Shown one piece after another: positions 40,544 through 60,823 of a DNA stretch of 64,000 nucleotides. The stretch lies in NCBI RefSeq assembly GCF_009914755.1, contig NC_060927.1; one strand, given 5' to 3'. The DNA is from the human T2T-CHM13v2.0 reference genome, Homo sapiens. The notes beneath the pieces were generated by a model, which worked only from the letters and a program-made list of their open reading frames with translations, was not told the DNA's origin and did no database searches. The translations under genes and the position numbers were made by a program. How positions within the stretch are numbered: position 1 is the stretch's first letter; each line of letters opens with the position of its first letter.

Positions 40544-42488
40544 TTTATATCTATGTTTTTAAAGAGTTTTGGCTTTTACATTTAGATCTTTAATTTATTT
40601 TTAGTTAATTTTTATATGGTGTAAGGTTAGGAATCCAACTTTATTCTTTTGCGTATGAATTTCTAGTTGCACCAGCACGATTTATTGAAAAGACGTATCT
40701 TTCCCCCATTGAATAATCTTGACACTCTAGCCAAAAATCAATTGACCATAAATATGAGTTTATTTCTAAATCTTCAGCCCTGTACCATTGATCTATATGT
40801 TTACCCTAATGCCAGTACCACACAGCTTTTCCTTAAAAAGAGAGATAGAGTGCTGAGAATTTGAAAGACATTGCTCTGAATTTGTACATCAATTTGGAGA
40901 TATTACTATAACAATGTTAAGTTTTCAATCTAGGAACAGGGATATCTTTCTATTTATTTAGATTTTTTAAAGTTTTTTTTTTCAGAATGTTCTGTAGTTT
41001 TCAGTATGTAACTCTTGCAGTTTTTTGTTAACTTTGTTTCTGAGTTATTTCCGTTTCATTTCATTTTGTCCATTGCCAGTGTGTAAAAATACAGTTGATT
41101 TTTGTATATTGATCCTCTGTCTACAACATTGCTTGTTTATTACTACTAATATTAATACTAATAGGTTTTTGGGGATCCTGTAGAATTTTCTACATACAAG
41201 ATCATCTGCAATTAGAAATGGATTTACTTCTTTTCTAATCTGAATGCCTTCTTTTCCTTCTTTTTCTTGCTTAATTGCTCTGGTTACAACCTCAAGTACC
41301 ATGCTGAATAGAAATGGCAAAAACAGATATCTTTATCTTCTTCTTGATCTTAGGAAGAAAGCTTTTAGTCTTTCATCATTAAATATAATGTTAGCTTTGG
41401 ATATTTTGTAGAAGTCCTTTGTAAGGTTGAAGAAGTTCCCATCCTTTCCTGGTTTTTATTATGAAATGTGTGGTATTTTTATTAAACACTTTTATGCGAT
41501 ATTGTGATGATTATCTGAATTTTTCTATTAATATTGTATATTATAGTAATTGCTTTTCACAGGTTGAGCCAAACTTGGACCCGTAGGATAAAACCTACTT
41601 AGTCATGATGTATCATCTTTTCAAATGTTGCTGGGTTTTGTTTGTTAGTATATCGTTGAGGATGTTTGCATCTGTATACATAAAAGATATGTATGTCCTT
41701 TTCTCCTTGTGATGTCTTTGCCTAGTTTTGGTTTCAGGGTAGAGTCAGCCTCATAGAATGAATTGGGAAGTGTTCCCTTCTCCTCTACTTTTTGAAAGAG
41801 TTTGTGAATGATTTGTGTTAACTCCTTAAACATCTGGTAGAATTTATCAGTGAAGCCATTTGGCCCTGAGACGTTTTGGGAGGAAATTTTTTATTACTAA
41901 TTCAATCTCTTTGCTTGTTATACATCTATTTAGATTTTCTATTTCTCTTTGGGTCAATTTTGGTAAGTGTGTCTTTCTATGAATTTGTTGATTTCATCTA
42001 GGTTATCTAATTTGGTGGCATAAGGGTGTTCAATGTATTCTGTTACAATCCCTTTATACTTATGTAAAGTCAACATTAATGTCCCCCTTTTCATTCCTGA
42101 TTTTAGTAATTTGAATATTGTCTCTTTTTTCCTTGGCATAGACTTGGCATTGTTTTTTAACAAATACAGAGCAATTTGTGCTCCCAGAACTTCACCTCAT
42201 TCCAATTTCTCTTGGTCTGACTGAGAAGAATTATTGTGGAAGGGGATGAATATGATTTGTTCATGGACTTGTAAAGTGATTTCTTCCACTCCTTTTGGTG
42301 CTTCTGCCAAGTGAAGATTTTTAATATTTTCCAATAAAAAGAGACATGGATAACAATAAGAATGCAATAAACAAAGGCAGCTTTGTGAAGAGATATCTTT
42401 TTATTATGATTTGCAAGAAGATTTAGGCATAATATTTATAAATATAATGTTCTATTTATTTTGAATTCTCATTAAAAGATATCATATT

Positions 42489-42792
<304 letters not shown>

Positions 42793-43123
42793 TTATTTAT
42801 GTATTAAAATGTTAATAACCTATTAAGTTGTAAAAATTAATCGCTGGCCACATATTTGTGCTAAAAGTATAAAAACATGTATGGGAAGGCTACAAATAAA
42901 ATAAAAGCCATTTCTAGAGGGGGAGAGAGTGAGAAAGTATCGGAGGTGAGACTTCAGCTGTGTAGGTAAAGATTTGGGGTTTTTTTTAAAAAGAGAGGAT
43001 CACAGAGATTTGAAGCAAATATACCATTAATGGTAATGTGTGAAATCTGGATAGGAGATTCTTGAATGTCTAATTTTAATGAACAGATAATAACAAAATA
43101 TTTAAACAAAAGAAACACTGAAA

Positions 43124-43726
<603 letters not shown>

Positions 43727-43814
43727 TTACACTGAAGTTTTAAATTGGCTTTTAAAAGTCTAATGTTGTTGTAATAATGAGCAAAGGAAATAAACAGACA
43801 AATCACAAAAGGAA

Positions 43815-44177
43815 ATAAAATTTCCCCACCTAGGTTACCCTTCTGGACTGAATAACTTACTCCCCCAGCTTCAGGAATTGCCTTGGCATGCTTCCTTTAC
43901 CCAGTCGAACTTCATCCAGTGACTGGCCAATGCGGGGTATAAAAGTCTGACCCCCTTAGTCAAACTTGGAACAATTCTGAAGAGACATCCCAGCTTCAGA
44001 GTTCCCTATAGTTTAGTTGAGACACTTGTTGAGACTGCCCCTCAGCCCAACTTTTTCCTCTGTCCTCTGTTGTCCAGTCCTGCTTATTCCTTGCCCCACA
44101 AGTATTGGTCCCAGGGACTTTTCTGTTTACATATCTCTATCTCAGAATCTGCTTTCTGGAGAATTCTGCTTGTGGTA
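43815..44177 (+). mobile_element. LTR16-like ERVL solo LTR
   Basis: CATCCAGTGACTGGCCAATGCGGGGTATAAAAG...CTCTATCTCAGAATCTGCTTTCTGGAGAA. Confidence 0.7.
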
Positions 44178-44277
44178 TATAGGTAGATAAATACAAAAGC
44201 TCACTAATGATAAACAATAGCTCCAATTAAAACCAGAAAACGTAATTATGATGAGAGCAGGATGGTAGCCACTGGAG

Positions 44278-44876
44278 TGTGGCAGAACATGTTAGTTTTC
44301 TGTATAAAGTCCATCTCCTCTTTTTACTGAGTAACATAATCCTTTTTTTATTTGAAGCAGTAATGTACTCTACCAGAAGGTATATTTTCTAGCCTGTCTT
44401 GTACCTAGGTGTGTCCATGTGACTAAGATAAAACCACTGAAAAGTCAATGTTACTGGACCGCCAAATACGGTTCTTTAAGAAACTAGGCTCAGATAGTAG
44501 GTATTCCTCTTTCTGTATCCCTGTTTCTCCTTCCAGCCGCCTGGAATGGGGATGCAATGGTTAGATACGCACCAATCTGGTGCATATCTTTCCATAATTT
44601 TTCCTTTGTCTATACAAACACATGCAGATATGTATTCAACAATCATATTGTGGCCTTGAGGATGGAAGCATGGTGTCCATGAGAAAAGACAAAGAGAAGC
44701 TGGGTGTCCACTGATTTCAAAGGACGCCATATCCCCTTGTATTGCTACCTCTGGACTTCACAATTTTGTGAAGGGCTTTTTGTGCATTGTATATGAAATT
44801 TTGTCGTTAGGTATTTGAGCCACTGTTGGTTCTAGTTTTCTATTATAAACTACCAAATATAATTGTAATTTAAACA
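44278..44876 (+). mobile_element. LTR33-like ERVL solo LTR carrying a 67-bp foreign insertion
   Basis: CTAGGTGTGTCCATGTGACTAAG...GCCTGGAATG...CCTTGAGGATGGAAGC...TTTGAGCCACTGTT. Confidence 0.65.
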
Positions 44877-45011
44877 GATGGGTAATTATATGCTCTGCTA
44901 GTAAAATAAAAAGTGAAAAATTATTTTGGAAAATGATTAAGCATTTGGCTTGTAATGTTCTCACTGGAATGATTCTACTTCCAAGAATAAATTCTAAGAA
45001 AACTAAACAGT

Positions 45012-45049
45012 TGTGTGTGTGGTGTGTGTGTGTGTGTGTGTGTGTGTGT
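45012..45049 (+). repeat. (TG)n microsatellite
   Basis: Read directly from the sequence. Confidence 0.95.
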
Positions 45050-45155
45050 AGTTTTAAGAATAAAGACATTTAAGTCATGAAAAAAAATAGAAACTACCTA
45101 AACATGCAACATAATGGAATGGGTAATAAAATACGATGTAGCCATTGAATTTAAA

Positions 45156-45214
45156 AATTAATTCAAGAAATTGAATTAACTCAAGAAATTGAGAAATTAA
45201 CTCAAGAAATTGAG
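45156..45214 (+). repeat. Short tandem repeat, 3 x ~18-21 bp (AATTAACTCAAGAAATTGAG)
   Basis: Read directly from the sequence. Confidence 0.9.
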
Positions 45215-45749
45215 AGCATTTTTATATTAAAAAGCATTTTGTGGTAACAATTTAAACAACATAGAAGTTCGTGAACGGAAAGTAATACTTTCCCTCTCCT
45301 ATTCTAGATCCATATCCCTGACTCTTTCCAATCTGATGCATATCTTTCCATAATTTTTCCTTTGTCTATACAAACACATGCAGATATGTATTCATATACA
45401 AGAAGACTTTTAAAAACTGGGTTATAACACATATTTAAAAGAAAAATTATCAGTAGCATGGAGAAATGTTTACTTTACAATAACAAGTTTTACAAGCAAC
45501 ATAAAATTTGATACAGTACAGCAAGATCTCAACTACATTTCAAACGTAGAAAAAAGAAAAAAGTCTAGAGTGAAATATATAATAAGTATGTAAATAAATG
45601 AGTATTAAGTACTAATTGAAAATATTAATGAATAATGTTTACTATTAATAATAAATCTTTTCTCCTAGAACTAACAGAGCATTGTTCTCTTCACAATTCT
45701 CATAAGGCTTAAAGTAAAACACATCTTACTACATTTTAAGGGAAATATT

Positions 45750-46690
<941 letters not shown>

Positions 46691-47438
46691 AAAAGAAACC
46701 CTATAAAGATGAAGTTTAGATAAATGTATTTTTTAAAAATTGACCCCTCCTCACATAATATGTAAGAATTAATTTGAAATGGACCATAGACTTAAATGTA
46801 AAACATAAATAAATAAGGCTTCTAGAAGAAAACATAATGTCTTTATGATCTTTGTTTAGGCAAAGTTTCTTAAATAGGACACCAAAAACACTAGCCAGAA
46901 AATAAAAGATTGAAAAAAATTGAACTTCATTAAAATGAAGAATTTATGTTTATCAAAAGACAATATGGGGAGGGTGACAAGGCAAGCCACAGGCTGGGAG
47001 AAGATATTTGTAATAGATTTAACCAACCACGGACTCATACCCAGACTGTATAAAAAATTTCCACAAATCAGTAAGACTATAACTAAAAACCACTTAAAAA
47101 TAAGTTAAAAAAAAAAAAACTTTAACACACACACTTTACAGAAGTGGAGAGCGTATGGATGGTTGACCAAAAAGTGAATAAGCACCAGTCACAGGGAAAG
47201 ACAAATAGCTGACAGTAAGAAGTGTTGACAAAGACGTAGGGCAACTGGAATTCTCAAAAATTGTTGGTAAAAGTGTAAACAGATTTTTTAAAAACTTTGG
47301 AAGAACGTTTGACTAACACTAAACATATGTATAATCTATTACCCAGAATTTCACTTTTGGGTATGTAACCTACAAAAACTAGTGTTTAAATCTATCAAAA
47401 TACATGTGCAAGCATGGTCACAGGTGCTTTATTTATGA

Positions 47439-48297
<859 letters not shown>

Positions 48298-48784
48298 GGT
48301 ACATTCTGTGCACAGGTACATTCTGATTGCAATTACATGAAGTCTAAAGCTGTCACATATAATCTGCAGTGACAGAGGTCAGAAGAGCTTGGGGATTTGA
48401 CTAGGGAAGGGCAAGAGGGACCCTGTTGGGTTGCAGGAAATATTTTCTTTCTATATCTGGATAGTGATTATATGAATATATACATACTTTAAAATTCAAT
48501 AAGCCGTACACTTAACGTTATGATATGTAAGTTACAGTCTTACTAAAAAAGGGTGGAGATGTAGGAAAGAGGTGCCTTTCCAGGTTTATACATGGTCCTG
48601 ACTCCCTGAAGTTGTTAGATTAAGAAACTAGTCACAATCCTCCTTTTCAGATTTAAGAGATCCCTAAAAGTATTCCCCCAAAAAGAAGGAAGAGGTTTTT
48701 AAAAATCCCTTCGCCTGCTTTTGTGGGGGAGATAACTAGAACAAATTTTCATTGCTTAATTATAAATAAACAGAAAACTCTCAC

Positions 48785-49475
<691 letters not shown>

Positions 49476-49519
49476 CACACAGGGACAACTAGCAGATTCT
49501 GCCATAACCCCACAGGAGA

Positions 49520-49920
49520 ATTTGTAGTGTAAAGGAAAGAAAACATAGCATGCAAAAGGTGGAGGAAGATCAGACTATAAAAACCTATCTACTTTAGAAA
49601 CATAAATTTTTAAATGCATCTATATTGTGCTCTTAATTTTCAAAATGCATGTACACTCTGAAAAAAGTGATAAAAGATAAATTGATCAGTAACAGGCAGA
49701 GTTGAGAAAAGAATTAGCTAAGCTAGAAAGGGAAATCAGGTGACTAAAAGGAGAACCAGGTGACTAAAGAAAGAACATTTTCAAAATAACTATGCAATTG
49801 TGAGACTGCGTGCTGAACTGGAAGCAGTGGAGAACAGAATTAACAAGGCAGAAAACAGAATCATTAATATGGTTGACAAGCTTAATTAATTTTCCTGTAG
49901 TAAATAAGAAAAGGAAAACA
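49520..49920 (+). mobile_element. HAL1-like ORF1 fragment
   Basis: GAACTGGAAGCAGTGGAGAACAGAATTAACAAGGCAGAAAACAGAATCA, a decayed coiled-coil ORF1-like stretch. Confidence 0.45.
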
Positions 49921-49921
49921 A

Positions 49922-50233
<312 letters not shown>

Positions 50234-50883
50234 GAAAGGGAAAACAAAACCCAAAGAAAGAAAATTAGTATATCAAAGAGATATCTTCACTCCCGATGTT
50301 TACTGCAGCACTATTCACAATCGCCAACATTTGAAAGCAACCTAAGTGTCCATCAACAGATGAAAGGATAAAGAAAATGTGGTACATATACATAATGGAG
50401 TACTATTCAGCTATAGAAAAGAATGAGATCAACTGAAAGAAGGAAAATGGTGAATAGGAGGCATGACTGGATTTCAGCTCCCATTCAGACGGACAGAGCA
50501 GCATGTGGGGACTTGCATTGTGAACTTTTGCTCCAGAACTATTGCATGAATATACCAGGAGAGCCGAGAGAATTGACAGACCTTCTGAAGGAAGCGGATT
50601 GCTCCTGTGTACCCAAATACTGTGCTGGTATCCATGGCAGAGAGACCTGAAGACAGTTCACATCACAGCACTCTGTGCAGACAACATCCAGTACCAGCTC
50701 AGAGCCTGGTAGCCCTGCTGGGTGACTAGATCCAGAAAAGAAGTAACAACCATTACAGCTCAGCTCTCAGGAAGCCACATCCCTAGGAAAAAGGGAAGAC
50801 ATTAAGGGAACACAATGTGGGACAATAGAATCTGAATAGCAGCCTTGAGCCCCAGATCTCCCCTCTGACATAGCCTACCCAAA

Positions 50884-51990
50884 TTAGAAGGAATCAGAAA
50901 AATAATTCTGGTAATATGACAAAACAAGGTTCTTTAACAACCCCCCAAAAATCACACTAGCTCACCAGCAAGGGGTTCAAACCCAGAAAAAATCCCTGAT
51001 TTACCTAAAAAAAGAATTCTGAAGGTTGATTATAAAGCTAATCAAGGAGGCACCAGAGAAAGGTGAAGTCCAATTTAAGGAAATAAAAAAATGATACAAG
51101 AAATTAGGGGAGAAATCTTCAGTGAAATAGATAGCATAAATACAAAACAATCACAACTTTAGGAAATAGAGAACACCCTTAGAGAAATGCAAAATGTTCT
51201 GGAAAGTCTCAGCAATAGAATCAGACAAGCAGAAGAAAGAACTTCAGAACTCAAAGACAAGGTGTTTGAATTAACTCAATCCAACAAAGACAAAGAAAAA
51301 AGACTGAAATAAAATGAACAAAGTCTCCAGGAAGTTTGGGATTATGTTAAATGACCAAACCCAAAAATAACTGGCATTCCTGAGGAAGAAGAGAAATCTA
51401 AAAGTTTGGAAAACATATTTAGGGGAATATCAAGGAAAACTTCCCTGGCTTTGCTAGAGACCTAGACATCCAAATACAAAAAGCTCAAAGACCAAGATCG
51501 TGCCATTGCACTCCAGCCTGGGCAACAAGAGTGAAACACTGTCTTGGAAAAAAAAAAAAAAAAAAAAAAAAAGCTCAAAGAACACCTGGGAAATTCATCA
51601 CAAAAAGATCACCACCTAGGCATATTGTCATCAGGTTATCTAAAGTCAAGACAAAGAAAAGAATCTTAAGAGCTGTGAGGCAAAAGCACCAGGTAACCTA
51701 TAAAGGAAAACCTATCAGATTAACAACAGATTTCTCAGTAGAAACCCTACAAGCTAGAAGGTATTGGGGCCCTATCTTCAGCCTCCTTAAACAAAATAAT
51801 TATCAGCCAAGAATTTTGCATCCAGCAAAACTAAGCTTCATAAATGAAGGATAAATACAGTCTTTTGCAGACAAACAAATGCTGAGAGAAGTTGCCACTA
51901 CCAAGCCAGCACTATAAGAACTGCTAAAAGAAGCTCTAAATCTGGAAACAAATCCTGGAAACACATCGAAATAGACTCTCTTTAAAGCAC
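50884..51990 (+). pseudogene. L1 ORF1p remnant (disrupted)
   Basis: Fragment RHIVIRLSKV...YKGKPIRLTTDFSVETLQARR...QPRILHPAKLSF. Stops, frameshifts and an Alu insertion. Confidence 0.9.
51492..51567 (+). mobile_element. Severely 5'-truncated Alu (~55 bp plus poly-A) in L1 ORF1
   Basis: CCAAGATCGTGCCATTGCACTCCAGCCTGGGCAACAAGAG plus a pure A tail. Perfect TSD AAAAAGCTCAAAGA (51478 / 51568). Confidence 0.93.
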
Positions 51991-52058
51991 AAACCTCCCA
52001 GGACCTATAAAACAAACAAACAAACAAAACCCAAGGTATATAGACAACAAATAGCACA

Positions 52059-56040
<3,982 letters not shown>

Positions 56041-56934
56041 GAATACTACTCAGCTATAAAAAGGAATGAATTAGTGGCATTTGCAGCAACCTGGATGGGA
56101 CTAGAGACTATTATTCTAAGTGAAGTAACTCAGGAATGGAAAACCAAACATTGTATGTTCTCACTCATAAGTGGGAGATAAGCTATGAGGTTGCAAAGGC
56201 CTAAGAATGATACAATGGACTTCGGGGACTCAGCAGGAAAGGGTAGGAAGGCAGTGAGGGATAAAAGACTACAAATTGGGTTCAGTGTATATTGCTAGAG
56301 TGATGGGTGCATCAAATCACCATTAAGGATCTTACTCATGTAACTAAATACCACCTGTTCCCCAAAAACCTGTGGAAATGAACAATTTTAAAAAGTCTTT
56401 TTAAATCCTTTGATAATATATATGTATCCCTCCCTCACCCCCCCCCCAAAAAAAAAGAATGAGATCCTATCATTTGCAATAACATAGATGAAACTGGAGG
56501 TCATTATGTTACGTGAAATAAGTCAGGCACAGAAAGACGAATTTCACATGTTCTCACTTATTTGTAGGAGCTAAAAACAGATAGAGAGTAGAAAGATGGT
56601 TACTAAGAGGCTGGAGAAGGGTAGTAGGGAAGTGGGATGAAAGTGCAGATGACTAATGGGTTTGAAAAAAATCTAACTAATAAATAAGATCCAGTATTTG
56701 ATAGCACAACAGAGTGATTATAGTCAATAATAATTTAATTTTGCATATTAAAATAACTAAAAGAGTATGGACTGTTTGCAACACAAAGGATAAATGTTGG
56801 AGGTAATGGAGTCTCTATTTCCCATGACATGATTATTACGCATTGCATATGTATATCAAAATATCTCATGTACTCTATAAATATATATACCTACTATGTA
56901 CCCACAAAAATTAAAAATTAAATTTGTTTTAAAA

Positions 56935-57250
56935 AGGGAAGCCAGATAAGACAGAGATGCCGTTGGAGAGATATGTGATGCAGAATACAGAGAATGAACA
57001 AATGGAAGTGAAGCAATACTTAAGACCACAAATAAAGAAATCAATTATAAGCCGAAGATACCTTTTAATCTGCAGATCAAAATAGCTTTCTAGATAGCAG
57101 GAAAATAATAAATGAAAAATCTGCACCTAGGCATATCCCGATGGAAGTCTGAATTTCAAGGTAAAAGAAAGACTCCTGTAAAAAGCCAGGCAGAAAAAAA
57201 TTTCTTTTACCTGCAAAGGAAGGAAAATAATTTTGTCTCACACTTCTTCC
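56935..57250 (+). mobile_element. HAL1-like ORF1 fragment
   Basis: AATCTGCAGATCAAAA...CACCTAGGCATATCC...GAATTTCAAGGTAAAAGAAAGACTCCT. Confidence 0.5.
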
Positions 57251-57262
57251 TTCCTTTATTAG

Positions 57263-57303
57263 ATCCCTGAATCCAACGGAGCTGCATCTACAGAATGAAA
57301 AAG
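57263..57303 (+). other. Candidate 41-nt exon
   Basis: Acceptor CTTCTTCCTTCCTTTATTAG| and donor AAG|GTAAAG. No transcript evidence. Confidence 0.2.
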
Positions 57304-57950
57304 GTAAAGGGGCAGAAGAGCACATCACCTCACGGACATCACGGGGTCTAGAGGTGGTGGCTGTGCACGTGTTTGGAAAAAGAGTGATGCTTCCTTTCTT
57401 GATGGAATCATTGCATTCTTAAATTTCCTGATAGTCATTGCCACTTAAATTTCTAAGTAAAAAGTTAGAAGATGGAGATATGTGACCACTTGCTAGAAAA
57501 TCCAAATGATTTCTTCTAGCTATTAGACGGTCCATTACACCTACAGGGCAAGAATGAGTGACTGGAAATTAACAAACACCCTGTCAGGACACCACTAAAA
57601 CCCTTTACCTTAGAGGGGTTTCACCAAACCAAGTCCAGAACAGTGGCGATAACACCATGGACTTGAAAGATGTGAGCGGGAGTGCTTGTCCAATTTCTGA
57701 GCCAGTCTCTCTCACCTGCCATTTCATTATAAGTCAATATTGAGCAAGGATAGAAGTTAATTTAGATCAAGAGTCTATCATGGGGTCCACAGGCCTTCAT
57801 GTAGACATCACAGGGCTTTGAGCAGTTTGTCTATGAAGTTATATGCAAATGTTATCATGTGACCATTAATTAAGTTCTCAACGGGGTCTATAATCCAGAA
57901 AAGACCCAGAACCAATATTTACTGCTTTATAAACACCCAAACTGAGAACA

Positions 57951-58437
57951 TATTACAGAAAAAAAATTATTCAGGTCACTCGCTAAAGAACAATAAGGAA
58001 TCGTCTATTCAAGGGAGGTGCTATACAATGGAGTTTTGTAGTAGTGACGAGATATATGGCTCAGATCAGAATATGACACGGAAAAGTGGGAATTTATAGC
58101 CAAGGAGCTGAGTGCAGGTCAGTAGGTAGAAAATTACTAAGAGGAAACATCAGAGGCAAGGGAACATTCTGACTGAAACCAATCTAACAGGAATCTTGCT
58201 AAAGGCAGGACGAGATGATTAGATATCACCTGGGAGATGGTGGAGGATGAGGAACCCAGTCAGGTATCATGGGTCATCACCTATTGAGAATAGAGGATCC
58301 TTGATAAACTGACAACAGAATTCTTGCTAAAATTGGACAATGCAGAGATGAACACGGAAGTCCAAAAGTCAGGGCCTGGTGGAGAAGAGAGTTCGAAGGA
58401 GTCTGACTAAATTTTGATCAAGGCAAGGCTCCGTTAA
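57951..58437 (-). mobile_element. MER31/MER67-like ERV1 solo LTR
   Basis: AAGTGGGAATTTATAGCCAAGGAGC...AAATTACTAAGAGGAAACATCAG...TTCTTGCTAAA...GTCTGACTAAATTTTGATCAAG. Confidence 0.8.
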
Positions 58438-58727
58438 ACATAAATGAAACCACAGTAAAATGCAAAAGACTAGCTTATGCATAATCGGTGGAAATGTATT
58501 CTGATAATAATAGCAAGACATTGTAAGGGATTTCTCATGTATATGTTCAACAAAATTCAAAGGAAGTTGGTATTTATAAAACTAGAGCAAGTGCCCACAA
58601 AAAAGAAACATCCTGAAATAAGAAGGAGATTGTATGGAAAACACAACAGCAGAATTATAAATCTTGTCAAAGGCAACAGACAGCAGATTGACAACCACAG
58701 AAAACAAAATTAACACATAAGAATATA

Positions 58728-59067
58728 AGCCAGGCATGGTGGCTTCCACTTGTAATCTCAGCACTTTGGGAGGCCAAGGCAGGAGGATTGCTTAAGCCCA
58801 GGAGTTTGAGACTAGCCTGGGCAACACAGGAGTTTGAGACCAGCCGGGCAACATAGGGTGACCCAGTCCCTACAGGAAAATTAAAAATTAACCAGGTGTG
58901 GTGGTACACACCTGTAGTCCTAGCTACTTGGGAGGCTAAGGTGGGAACATCACTTGAGCCCAAGTGATTGAGGCTGCAGTGAGCTATTTTCATGTCACTG
59001 CACTCCAGCTAGGTGACAGAGAGAGATTCTGTCTCAGGAAAAAAAAAGGGGGGGGGAGAAAAAAGAA
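58728..59067 (+). mobile_element. AluJ with duplicated B-box segment
   Basis: J-type arms. CAGGAGTTTGAGAC.AGCC.GGGCAACA occurs twice (58799, 58827). Confidence 0.93.
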
Positions 59068-59096
59068 AAATATGAGAGAGGATCCAAGAATTCCAG

Positions 59097-59776
<680 letters not shown>

Positions 59777-60012
59777 TCCAATCAACAAGTTCTAAGGATC
59801 CAAGAAAGAAAAAATAGAATGAATGTGGTGAAAGCAATATTCAAATAAACAATAGAGGGAAATTGCTGAGCTTATAAAATTAAAGGTTATCAGGCAGAAT
59901 TAATGAAGAGATATTAGCACCTGACATATCCTGTTGAATGTTTCAAGATTTAAGGAAAACAAAAAAAAAATTCTATAAATGTCCAGATAGGAAAACACAG
60001 TTTATGTCTTAA

Positions 60013-60528
60013 GCAGTATTCCATGGCTTTGACTACACATTAAAATCATTGGTTGAGCCTTTAAAAAATAATGGGTCTGGCCAGGCATGGTGGCTCACGC
60101 CTGTAATCCCAGCACTTTGGGAGGCTGAGGTGGGTGGATCACAAGGTCAGGAGTTTGAGACCAGCCTGGCCAACATGCTGAAACCCCATGTCTACTTAAA
60201 ATACAAAAGTTAGCTGGGTGTGGTGGCGCACACCTGTAACCTCAGCTACTCTGGAGGCTGAGGCAGGAGAATTACTTAAACCAGGGAGCGGAAGTTCCAG
60301 TGAGCCGAGATCGCACCACTGCACCCCAGCCTGGGCGACAGCAAGACTCTGTCTTGAAAAATAATAATAAATAAAAAATTTAATTTAATTTAAATTTAAA
60401 AAATAACGTGTCTGGACCCCATCCTTAGATATTCTGATTTAATTATCCTGGGAAGGAGCTTGGGCACTGAGATTTCTAAAAAATCTCCCCCAGTGGTTTG
60501 AATGTGCAGCCAGAATTGAGAACCACTA
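60013..60528. mobile_element. MER5B-like hAT transposon split by an Alu
   Basis: CACATTAAAATCA...ATTCTGATTTAATT...AATGTGCAGCCAGAATTGAGAACCACT. Confidence 0.7.
60079..60397 (+). mobile_element. AluSg-like
   Basis: Full dimer. TSD AAAAAATAA(TGG/CGT)GTCT. Confidence 0.95.
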
Positions 60529-60631
60529 ACCTAAATGAAGAGTAACTATAGATCTATCCCCCAGATAACTAAATAGCAGCAGTAAACTGGCTTCCACACT
60601 GGGAAGGAAAAGAATTTAGAATTATATACTC

Positions 60632-60823
60632 AGTTAGACACGGTGACACACACTTGAGTCTCAGATACTCAGGAGGCTGGGGCAGGAGGGTGGCTTGAGC
60701 TCAGGGGTTCAAGGCTGTAGTAGTACACAATGACCGTGCCAGTGAGTGGCCACTGCACTCCAGCCTGGACAACATAGAGAGACTCTATGTCTTAAGAAAA
60801 AAAAAAGAGAGAGAGAGAGAGAG
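60632..60823 (+). mobile_element. FAM (fossil Alu monomer)
   Basis: Monomer with GTGCCAGTGAGTGGCCACTGCACTCC and an A/(GA)n tail. Confidence 0.75.

Larger units (their letters stand above)
38900..42140 (-). mobile_element. L1MB-like LINE-1 (3' UTR and decayed ORF2), interrupted by AluJ and FAM
   Basis: L1MB 3' UTR TTCAGTGGTTTTTAGCATATTC...GCAACCATCA. Minus-strand ORF remnants FLFSMVLEV..IADDL and KGTLPNSFYEA. Confidence 0.88.
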
